A stretch of 64,000 nt of DNA, taken from the NCBI GenBank assembly GCA_051530055.1, contig CM121342.1, positions 5,889,489 through 5,953,488 on the forward strand, in the 5' to 3' direction. The stretch is from Neoechinorhynchus agilis (lineage: Eukaryota > Animalia > Acanthocephala). Under the pieces are notes generated by a model. The model saw only the letters and a program-made list of their open reading frames with translations, was not told the DNA's origin and ran no database searches. Below are positions 25,399 through 36,282 of the stretch, piece by piece. Each line of letters starts with the position of its first letter. Position 1 is the stretch's first letter. A program made the position numbers and the translations under genes.

Positions 25399-26005
25399 AA
25401 GGTCGTGGAAGAGTAGCAGGGTCGTGGAGGACCAACTGATGGGTCACTCAATCGGAAGGATTTGTCAGACAGTTTATCACTTTTCTGACCTTTTCAGAGC
25501 GAGGGAGAGTCCCCGAAGAAGCCGTGAAACGGCGAAAATTCGGACAAGGTCGTGGAAGAGTAGCAGGGTCGTGGAGGACCAACTGTTGGGTCAATCAATC
25601 GGAAGGATTTGTCAGACAGTTTATCACTTTCTGACTTTTCGAGCGGGAGAGTCCCGAAGAAGGTGGTTGGGTGGGGGGGGGTGTGGTTAATCGGAAATTT
25701 GAGTTATCAGTTTCTGACCTTTTCAGAGCGAGGGAGAGTCCCGAAGAAGCCGTGGAGCGGCGAAAATTCGGACAAGGTCGTGGAAGAGTAGCAGGGTCGT
25801 GGAGGACCAACTGATGGGTCACTCAATCGGAAGGATTTGTCAGGGCAGTCGTGGTGTGAGAGTGGTCTGAAAAGCCGTGAGCGGCGAAAATTCGGACAAG
25901 GTCGTGGAAGAGTAGCAGGGTCGTGGAGGACCAACTGTGGGTCATCAATCGGAAGGATTTGTCAGACAGTTTATCACGTTTCTGACCTTTTCAGAGCGAG
26001 GGAGA

Positions 26006-26042
26006 GTCCCTGAAGAAGCCGTGAAGCGGCGAAAATTCGGAC
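26006..26042 (+). ncRNA. Minimal type I hammerhead ribozyme, intact core
   Basis: GTCC-CTGAAGA-A-GCCG-TGAAG-CGGC-GAA-AATT-C-GGAC. Confidence 0.85.
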
Positions 26043-26354
26043 AAAATAAAACATCGTACTCGGGAACGTTTTAGAAAAAAATCTATACTATCGAATCAAC
26101 TGTTAAAATTCAATATATTTGTCATTATTAATGAAGAAATTAATACGGGCGACCTCAACGGAAAGGCCAAGGTTCAAAATTCATGGTTTGAAGAGCGAAA
26201 ATACTCGGTAACGCAAAAAAGAGCGTTTCGATGATTTATCATTCCCGATTGATCAGTTGGTGGATTTCCTCATTAACTTTGTTCAACTCTATTTTTGTAA
26301 GTTGCGTATGTATTTTTCAGGACCCTGAAGAAGTAGTAAAACTCCGAAGGACTG

Positions 26355-26398
26355 CAAACATACTGATGATGAACCCGGCGAGTTTCGAAACGTTTTTA
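26355..26398 (+). ncRNA. Degenerate minimal hammerhead motif of another family
   Basis: CTGATGA-T-gaac-ccggcga-gtttc-GAA-ACGT-T; stem I poorly paired; homologous to 48721-48815. Confidence 0.5.
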
Positions 26399-26694
26399 AT
26401 CGAAAAAATTATTTGCCAGGTAAAGACGTCTAAACGTTCAAAATAAACAGTTGTTTTCAACCGCTTAAATTGCTAAAATGAGGACAATCGAAAAGATAGA
26501 GAAATCAGTCGATAATCCACCAATTGATCAATATTCGGTTGAGCAAACCGATTCTCGTCGATATGATAAAATACACTGCAAACCTAAAGAGACTAAATTG
26601 CGCGTGTGTATTTCAGGAATTGCAAAGTTTCCGATTGACGCTTTTCAAGAGTACACGACACCGGATTTATTCTTATTAAATCCACAGACAAAGG

Positions 26695-27992
26695 TTATAC
26701 AGGTCCCGGCAAATCGATTAGTAAACGACTCACTCTCAGTCTCAGTCTCCTTGACATCATCAACAATATTAATGGGTTCAGAGATGCTCCCAATGAGTTT
26801 ATAAGTCTGATTATCGCGAGCATCGAGAGAAAATTGCCAGTACGCATGCCATTGCTGTATCCTGGGACGAATACTGCAAACGCAAGACATATTTGGTATG
26901 GCAGATTTGTGAAGAAAAAACACGAGATCATTGCAATTGTAAGATGTACGATTTGTTTAACATTTTTATTTTTAAAATGTTGACGTTTGATTTGTCTATG
27001 GCACGGATGAGCGTTCTCATTGAGACAATGGTTCTTCGTTTCCGGTTCACCGATGGTTGGATTCTTCAAACTAATCCGTCTACTTGGCAAGAATATAGCT
27101 GGGGAAATGTTGGTAGTTGGTGATTTTAGAAAAAGATGGCAATACGACAATTCGTTCCCAACTGATTGAGTGTTTGATAAAGAGTGTTTTGAAAACGAGC
27201 GGATTTCTCTGATGATTGCCGAATAGATGATGAGCAAAGACATAGCGGGCATTATGAAGAAAACGACAATCATTGAGGTGAGGTAGATTTTGGACCATAA
27301 AGTGTCGACTCGGTGTAGACATTCCGTTGAGTTATAAATTGCACCAGTTGCAATTATTGGTAGACTTGTTAAGCTTGAGATTATCCATACGAGCACGAGG
27401 AGTTTGTTTACTTGATTGCAGAAAGTTTTCATTTGCTATTAAAAGAAAGCGATTATTCCAAGAAACAAATTATATAGAACATACCGTGAATGACTTGAAG
27501 GCAATTAGATATCGGACAAATGCAATCAACATAATTGATCCAGCCGATGCATGAACCACTGTGTACTCTATAAAAGGTGTCACTACGCCTAAATCGTACT
27601 TAAATGGCAGTTTTGTTAGCCGACAGAAAAAACTCACATATAAAGTGTCCGAATCGCCAGTTGAAAGGAGAAAAGAGGTCATGAAGTGCGATTGGGACGC
27701 AGTAGAGGAGTGAGAGAAGGTCGGCGACACAAAGGTTCTTTATGCACAGATCAATAGTGCTAAAGATGCTCATTGATTTTCGTTTGGATTCTGTGACGAT
27801 TATTAGTAGAATGTTTGAAGGGACACCTAGAATCAATATTAAGAGTGCCGAGTCGTCGTTTTAGAAGTCGCTGGACGACAAGGCACGCTGGAAAGCGTAT
27901 ACACATATGACAGTGTTCCGTACCGTCAACGGGACTGGGTCAAGGTCGGGGAAATTCGATATATTGAACAAAAACGGAGCTTCTGCTTGCAT
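26695..27992 (-). CDS. Rhodopsin-family peptide GPCR (ETH/TRH/neuromedin-U receptor-like); in-frame TAA inside a hairpin in TM1
   Basis: ATG at 27992 with an NIS glycosylation site; LG.PSN (TM1), NLCVADLL (TM2), W.FGHFIC, PFIEYTVVHAS..I..IAFVRY (TM3), FF.TNLPY (TM6), SLNPL (TM7); 49-nt GT-AG introns 27637-27589 and 27484-27436; 3' end may be spliced further. Confidence 0.8.
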
Positions 27993-28610
27993 TTAGTATT
28001 CCTTTTAGCTTTGATTCCGCTAAATACCCATGAGTGAATGTTGTAAATGGAAAAGGCAATGGGAGAACCCGATTTGCATTCTGTTTAATGGAATCGCGTC
28101 TCAAATCAACACTAACATTGTGGCTTGCTCTTGATTGATGGTTGAGATGTTGCGCCCGGATATCAAGTGTCTGTTCTTGTATATTCATTAGTTCAATTAT
28201 TCTCCATCTTTATGACTGGAAAAGGAGACGCTTGCTTAGGCTGCAATAACACGAAGAGGCTTTTAGGAAATCCATGATTTCAGCATTCTTGTACACTACG
28301 TTTTTGCATCCAAGACAAACGAGTCTCGATGAAGGCTAATTAATAAGCTACTTCATCTCCATAACTAACTTCCGCTTGACTCCTAAAACACAAACGAGAG
28401 CGAGGTTCCAGATTTGAATGATAAGTCTTATACGCAACACAACAAAAATGGTCGAACGAATTGGTTATTCAGCGTGTTTTAAGCTCTAATTCACCCGAGG
28501 AAAGATTTTGTCCTAGAACCTTTTAAAAGCAATTGCCGATAAATCGCCGTCGTCTAATATATTACTGCAAAGGACGCGGCAACATTTCGAAAAGAAATGA
28601 ACGGCCTACG

Positions 28611-31600
28611 GAAGTAAAATTTGGAGAGATCAGGTGAAAGGATTCTTAAATTGCGGTGGCGTTTAAGGAGGTTAATTTTTAAGGTATTGCGCTCGAGGGA
28701 GAGTGAAATGTGCGAGTCCCATTTCAGGTTTGATTGAAATTGGACACCAATAATTCTTAAGTAGGTGACTCGTTGGATGTCATTTGGAACCTCGCAGTGG
28801 GATATAGGGTTTAAGGGATCATTTCGAAGCATTTGGAGAAATTCAGGTGGAGCTTGTGATTGGTGCAGAAATCTTTTATGCGTTTGATTTCGTTAGAGGT
28901 TAAGGAAAAGGAGAGGTGGTGATTGAGTGATTTCTACATTGGTCACTTCTTCCGGCTGCCCGTCATTTACGTGGAAGAAGTCGCCGCCACATACCTCCCC
29001 TCCAGTGTCGCCGAACTAATCCGTTCCGTCCTGGAAACGTGCCGGTCTTTCGATTTGAACCTCGGTGTGATGACGGCGTGTTGCTAGCAGCTGGGCCTGG
29101 TCAGGACGCTGACCAGGCCGGTCTCGTCAGGGAGGATCGAACTACCAGGTGCCGTCTTTGGTCCGTTGTTTGTGGGCTACGCCGACTGCCAGTCCCGAGG
29201 CATCGGTGACATTGGCGAACGCTGCTTGGCTCGTTGGGTTGAGCAAGGAGGTCCGCGTGTCACGACGCTGGGCCTGATGTCGAGCAACCGAGTTGAACCT
29301 CGGTGTGATGACGGCGTGTTGCTAGCAGCTGGGCCTGGTCAGGACGCTGACCTGGCCGGTCTCGTCTGGGAGGATCGAACTACCAGGTGCCGTCTTTGGT
29401 CCGTTGTTTGTGGGCTACGCCGACTGCCAGTCCCGAGGCATCGGTGACATTGACGAACGCTGCTTGGCTCGTTGGTTGAGCAAGGAGGTCCGCGTGTCAC
29501 GACGCTGGGCCTGATGTCGAGCAACTGAGTTGAACCTCGGTGTGATGACGGCGTGTTGCTAGCAGCTGGGCCTGATCAGGACGCTGACCAGGCCAGTCTC
29601 GTCGGGGTCACCAATTTAGCGGCGTCACGTAAAGAGACGAAGTTTATTATTATTTCTACATTGGTCACTTCTTCCGGCTGCCCGTCATTTACGTGGAAGA
29701 AGTTGCCGCCACATACCTCCCCTCCAGTGTCGCCGAACTAATCCGTTCCGTCCTGGAAACGTGCCGGTCTTTCGATTTGAACCTCGGTGTGATGACGGCG
29801 TGTTGCTAGCAGCTGGGCCTGGTCAGGACGCTGACCTGGCCGGTCTCGTCGGGAGGATCGAACTACCAGGTGCCGTCTTTGGTCCGTTGTTGTGGGCTCG
29901 CCGACTGCCAGTCGAGGCATCGGTGACATTGGCGAACGCTGCTTGGCTCGTTGGGTTGAGCAAGGAGGTCCGCGTGTCACGACGCTGGGCCTGATGTCGA
30001 GCAACCGAGTTGAACCCGGTGTGATGACGGCGTGTTGCTGCAGCTGGGCCTGTCAGACGCTGACCGGCCGGTCTCGTCTGGGAGGATCGAACTACCAGGT
30101 GCCGCTTTGGTCCGTTGTTTGTGGGCTACGCCGACTGCCAGTCCCGAGGCATCGGTGCATTGACGAACGCTGCTTGGCTCGTTGGTTGAGCAAGGAGGTC
30201 CGCGTGTCACGACGCTGGGCCTGATGTCGAGCAACTGAGTTGAACCTCGGTGTGATGACGGCGTGTTGCTAGCAGCTGGGCCTGATCAGGACGCTGACCA
30301 GGCCAGTCTCGTCGGGGTCACCAATTTAGCGGCGTCACGTAAAGAGACGAAGTTTATTATTATTTCTACATTGGTCACTTCTTCCGGCTGCCCGTCATTT
30401 ACGTGGAAGAAGTCGCCGCCACAAGGGTGAGGTGACCGGGCAGCACCTTGAAGCACGCCTTTGGTGCGCGATAGACTGATCAATCAATCATTTACATCGA
30501 CAGGGAATGTATTGTTTGCGATTGTGAAGATAAGCGGCAGACCAAAATCGGAGCAGGCCCGGAGAAAGAGTGAATGGTCCACGGAGTCGAATGCTTTCGA
30601 TAAATCAAGTTGAATGAGACAGGTGATGTGAGAGGGATTATTGTTGGGGTTGCGTAGAAGTGTGTCATAAATGCAAAGTAGGACATCGGTTGCAGAAAAC
30701 GTGGGCCGGAAAGCGAATTGTAGGGGCGATAACTTTTCGCGAAGAAGTGAAAGAAGGCGAGTTTTAAAGCATTTTTCGATGATTTTTGAAAGAGCGGCGG
30801 GTAGAATGGAAATTGGACGGAATGATTCGGTGGGAGTATTGGAGAGTTGACAAAAGTTTCTGTGTGTTGTCTGATGTGGAGCAATGAATGTTATTTGAGT
30901 CAGAGCAGAGATTCTGATCGGCGGAGTCTAGAGCATGTTTTGGTTTAGAAGAGTACAAATTAGGGAAGTGATCAGGGTTGCGTAGACCAACGAATTGGAA
31001 GAAAGTGTTTGCTTGCGATACCCATTTTGTTAGTGTTTTTTGTAAACGGGGAGAGTCGGGGGAGTTATTGCGATGGGCCTTTGTAGCTTGCTTTTGAAGA
31101 AATTTCAAGATGGAGGGTTATCAACGATGGGTCACTGTTGGATATTCTAGTGAATTTCTTGGGTATTGTCGAAGTTAGGGAAGATGATCACGTTTATCCC
31201 AGACGAGTAAGCGAGGTGATTTTAAACGCTGAGGTGGGGGGGGATTAATAAGGGCAGAAGAGTGGTCAGAGTTCGCGAGGAAGTTTAGAGGCGGATGAGT
31301 GGACGTCGATATTTGTCAAACACTTTGTCGAGGTAAACATCAAGACGAGTTGGAAGGTCAATTAGTTGACGCAACTCGGAGAAGGGTAAGAGAGCAAATA
31401 GTTTATTAAGTCAGCTGCAATTAAGAAATGGTGCGAATTTGTGGAGTTCATGAGTTCCATCACGGAATCGAGTTGGCGTAAAGATGACTAAGGGCGAGAG
31501 GCAGGAAGGCAACAGAGAATTATCTAAGATTATTTCTTAGAGGAGCTGTGAAATGGACTGCAATTGATTTTAGAGCGGGGTTTTGTAGAGAGCCCTAGAC

Positions 31601-31800
31601 GGTCCTCGCGGTATGTATTGAAGCAAGAGTTGCCGGAAAGGATGACTGAATTTTTTTTGAGGGGATAAGCCACGTTTCCGTTAAGATGACTATGAGGATG
31701 AAGGCAAAAGATAAATGAGGGAATGGACGAGAGGAGAATAAGGCGTTTTTCGGGCGATCTGCCTCTAGAGTAAAAAAGGAGACCGGAGAGAGCCAATGGA
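28611..31800 (-). mobile_element. Second copy of the CR1/L2-like LINE with APE remnant, interrupted by the TRIM array
   Basis: 28611-28930 matches 11333-11652 and 30430-30770 matches 11738-12085; decayed YREDR and FLIAAD motifs at 31.4-31.7 kb. Confidence 0.8.
28931..30423 (-). mobile_element. Tandem TRIM-like non-autonomous LTR element (LTR-int-LTR-int-LTR)
   Basis: 97-bp LTRs at 30327-30423 and 29617-29713, truncated LTR 28931-28991; PBS TGGTGACCCCGACGA next to the LTR; PPT ggaggggaggta; ~620-bp non-coding internal part made of ~243-bp subrepeats. Confidence 0.85.
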
Positions 31801-32103
31801 TTCAGGAGCTTCTTTAATTTTTGTTTACATAATCGTATACAGTAAGATTCTCAGTGTATTAAATTTTAAACCCAATGGTGGAAGATAACTTGTTAATGGT
31901 AGCCACATAATTGGATTCTTTAATAACAGCGATGGGGGGTTGGTGATAAAATCGATAATATGCAAAAAAAGAACCCAGTTGAGAACGTCCTCCTTCTTTT
32001 ATTGTGATTTATCCAAAATTCGGTAAAAAATCTGTTTTTGTTCAATTGAGAGTTCTATCTTATCTCTCTTTATATATACAGTGTAATACAAATCGATCAA
32101 CCA

Positions 32104-35100
32104 TCACCGATACCTATCGGATGCATACTTGAACGGTTGATCAACATGGTCATCAATGTTAAAGGTTAGAGGGAATTGTCTCTCTAATCGAACGGGTGCT
32201 TTTCGATGTTCGGCCCAGCCAATAAAACACATTTTAAACTCCTCTGGTTCTCGGGTTTTTCCAGTAAACCGAATTTCTCTTTGTTCGCCAATAGAACGAA
32301 TGTACACTTGTGCGCTTTTGAACGCCAATCGAAGCTCGGTGTCGGTGCAGCACGGTCCAATCCATATGAACACTATTGAGCCATTGTCCAGAAGGTATAC
32401 ATCGTCGTCCAGTAAGCAATCCTGGCAGAAATTGGGATAGAATTCCGAAACCTGGTAGAATCCGCGACCGTTTGAACACCGGAACAACCGAACTGAAGAT
32501 GGCATGGGAGGCCCAATGGGCAGAGGGCCATTCAAAGCAAGCCAGAAGAACATTTCCGGCTCGTTTCCTTGAGCAATGTATTGGACAGTGTGTTCCGGTG
32601 CTTGGAAGATGAAATGAGCGATTTGTTGACACATAAACGAGTCCTCGTGTGGAACTGATTGTCCCGTCCAAACATAGACGATGTCGTTAGCCGAAGGGAA
32701 ACGAACCCGGACGACATAACAGCGGTCTTCGTGCAATTGGCTTACCGAAATGATGGTGGTCGAATAAAAGAAGAATGTACCAAATAAAAGGATAATTCGA
32801 AAAGAATTTTAAGAAAAAGTTCCATTTTCGCACCAGCACTTCTCGACATTATCAATTTGAATAAGTCGCATATGAAGACTCGAGAATTGGCTTTTCCTAA
32901 ACTCAAATAAGTCTGAATTCTGACCGGTGGTGGTGTACGTTGTGTTGTTCATCAAGACAAACTTCCGTTTGAATAGAGCCATAAAACAGTCACTTTCCAT
33001 TTGCTGAAATAATCTGACAACCTGCAAATTTTTAGATTTTCTTCCAAGAAGATCTTCGATCTTATGAAGTAATTGCGTTCTGAAATGGAACCAGATTTTA
33101 TTCGTCCGACATCTTCGTCCTTGCCAAAAATAGATAATAACCGAGCTCTCAGAGCAAGTGTCCTCGTAACGTTCATCGCTGACGACATGTCGCTCATAGG
33201 TGCTGAGAGTTCCATGGTCAAGACGGAACGAGCTATCAACATGGACCGGAATGTGATAAGTGATCATGTAAACATAGCAGAGATGGGATTGGAATATACC
33301 ATGAGATTCGGGAGGAACAGGAACCGATTTGCATTGTGAATCTATACAAATAGCACCGATGCTTTTGATCTGATCATGTTGGTCATTGATGAATTCGTCT
33401 GCTTGGTCAAATGGGATTACTTGTGGCCTCGGTGACCTCAGGACTCGAAGGTCCGATTTGAGTTTTCGATGTGGGTTACTGAGCACGGATCGTCTTTGAT
33501 GAAAAGAAAATGTGGTTTGTTGTCCTAACCGCAGTCTAAGAAAAGTGGATCTCAAGTTCTTCAATAAGAGATCCACTCTGACAATAAGCAGCGGATCTTC
33601 ACATCCTTCAACCACATTAACTACTCGGACACCCTCTGGACATCCACTGACGTGCTCAACGAGGTTCTGAGCGGCGATCTTTACGTATCGGGATGACTGT
33701 TTCCCGATCCACACATAAACTTCGGTCCATAAATCAATGAGATAAACGCTTTTGGATTGAAACGTAAAAGGAGCCTTGACTTGAGATATGAATATTTTTC
33801 CTAGGTCATTTTGGACCTCATAAATGGTCATGGATCCGGGCCTAACTAAATCAAGTCTCATCACGGGTATTTTCAGAGACATGAGAGTGTTTTTCAGTTC
33901 GGTTCTAGACCGAATTTCTCGGAATTTAGAACTGATTTCATTGGCTAATAGACGTGATTGAGATTTGAGAAGTGCACTGCAATTGTTTGAGTTATAGAGT
34001 ATAAGTTCTGACCCCGTGTTGATCAACAACGACGAGTTTTCCTTTGTCCTAAGTGTCATCTTTTGATCTACTTTATTTGATGTAAGAGGAATATATGCTG
34101 CCAAAAGTCTCTTATTATGCTGATAATTACCGTCCAAAGTAAGAAGGAATATCTGTAACGATTGTTCATTCATGTGCGATTGGGATACTTGCACCATTGC
34201 TGAATTCGTTTCATTTCCTTCGATCACAATCACGTGTTGTTCGTTAAAAATGGCCCAAAACTCTTCGGATTCTTCATTCTGTCTTTCTCGCTTACATTGG
34301 CATCGTTGTTTAAGAGATTGTCGGACTGTTTGGGCTAGATGAGTGGCGTGAATAGCCACGCAAGCTCTTTTGTCAATACTCGCATCGTTACCGATCCAAT
34401 AATGAACACTTTGTTGGTCCTGAGTTAGTACAATATAACACTCACCACTAAGAAGGTAGTTTCCAAAGTCGTTAACCAAAACGGGTTCAAAGTTCACTAT
34501 TCTCCAAATTGAGAACTTGCCTGAAATTGGGATTTGATCAAAAGTACTCGACGTACTTGAAGAAGCCTTTTTGTTATTATGATCGATTGGTTTATGGCGA
34601 TGAGATCGCCTTGACGGCTGCTGACCTCCTCCTATCTTAGACGACCCTCCAATTCTATCGTTCGCACAATTTTCTTCATCATTAAAGTCAATGTTTAAAT
34701 ATAACGATTGGTTCAACTTAGGACAGACCCGACGAGATCCCAGACGCGGAGCATCACGCTCGTAGCAAACATCCATCCGATAAATTCGTTTTCGGAACTT
34801 CTGAAGGAAATCAGGACTTCTTAGCAAATGATTTACTTTGATTTTCACAAGAGATTCACATCGTGCCAAACATAAAGGTAAAGTTTCGAGCATGTTTCCA
34901 GCAAGGAACAAATGTTCGAGGGAACGAAGTCGGTCGAGTGCAAGCGGAAGTCCGTCGAGTTTTATAAGGTTATGACTGAGGTATAGTCTTCGTAGACGAG
35001 GAAGATCGCATATTTCAATGGGAACACTTTGGATTTTGTTACCGGAAAGATTAATGGCTTCAAGACGAGTCCACCCACGACCTATTCTGAAAGTAGTGAT

Positions 35101-35999
35101 TCGATTACCACTTAGATCGATGATTTTGATTTCTTTAAAAAAGAGGACAAATTCTGGGATTTCGGGAAGACCGTTGCCGTTCAGATCTATTCGACGACAA
35201 TTAAGAAATCTTAATGAAGTTGGGAACGAAATGTTTGAAGGAAGACAATCGTTCAAACGTAGATCAGAGATGTGTTTGAAATGCGTTAGGGCGTCTACAC
35301 TCGAGAATTTCTCGAATTTCCACTTTCGAGAGATCCTCAACTTAGCTGGTTTTTATGAAGACTGTTTTTTCCGATGAACAAGCATCTCAGAGAAATCAAT
35401 TCTGGTTCAGGTAACGTTTCGATTTGATTTCCTTCGAGGTTCAAGGACACCAATGACATGAGTTTCATGAGTGCCTTTGGAATGAGCCTTATGTGATTGT
35501 GGGCGAGATTAAGAATAGTAAGTTTAGACGAAAGTGAGCAGATCTCGAGTGGAATGTAGAATAGGTCGTTGTGAGAGATATCGAGTATTTTGAGATTTGA
35601 CAAAGCGTTCGGGTTTATCAGATGGAGAAGGTCTTCACTTTTGAGTTGGTTGTGCCGGACCAATAGTTGAGTTAGCGAGCATGGAAGAGGAGATCCAGAA
35701 GGATGTCGTAAAGCGTTGTGGCTCAGATCAAGCTTTTGAAGGTGAACTAAAGCACTTAAGCATCGAGGGATGTGTGTTAATCGGTTATGGTGAAGACTGA
35801 GTTCCCGCAGTAAGTGGAATCGGTTGAGTTTATATAGATTTGTGGTTCGATTGGATAAATCGAGACTGTACACAAAATCGGTAATGTTTTGAAGCGAGGA
35901 ATCTGTCTGGTTCATCGTGTTTAGACAATGTCTCGCATAAGACTGGGTTTGAATGTCTGAGAGATCTGAAGAATTGGGAGAAATGTACTTGAGCATCAA
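32104..35999 (-). CDS. FLII: Flightless-I homolog (N-terminal LRRs plus gelsolin repeats); likely start M at 35915
   Basis: LRR series then gelsolin segments (IWRIVNFEP, YWIGNDASIDKRACVAIHA, YFWQGR, VYVWTG, RLFRCSNGRG, DDVYLLDNG..VFIWIG); GT-AG introns 35341-35295 (47 nt) and 32839-32741 (99 nt) join the three ORFs in frame. Confidence 0.9.
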
Positions 36000-36282
36000 G
36001 TGCCCCTTCCGACCTTTGCGTTTCTAAAACATCGGGGAAGGGAGAGAAAACAAAGAAGAAATAGGCATCCAATTTTAATGAAAGAGAGATAAATAGACGG
36101 ACAATTCGCATTCTCAGACGGACATTCCCAAGAAATAGAAATTCTAGGTTCCGAATTTATCACAAAAAAATAAAAGAAGATAAAAATTCAGTTTCAGCCG
36201 ATAATATGATCAATAAATTCATCTATTTGAGAAGACAAACGAAGGTGTCAGTATGTGTTGGAAAACTAAGAAAAATAATGAC

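Larger units (their letters stand above)
24097..26090. mobile_element. Inverted double array of ~147-151 bp hammerhead-bearing monomers (retrozyme/Penelope-like)
   Basis: Left array 24146-24890 in one orientation, ~100-bp unique spacer, right array 24993-26042 in the opposite orientation; both ends share an inverted ~50-bp tail (tagtatagattt...cgttcccgagtac). Confidence 0.85.

Noticed and set aside
24255-25934. ORFs in the inverted array
   Set aside because: Translations of the 150-bp repeat in shifting frames, not a protein gene
29166-30483. Multiple ORFs in the TRIM internal repeats
   Set aside because: GC-rich repeat shadows; only the last residues resemble a Gypsy integrase tail
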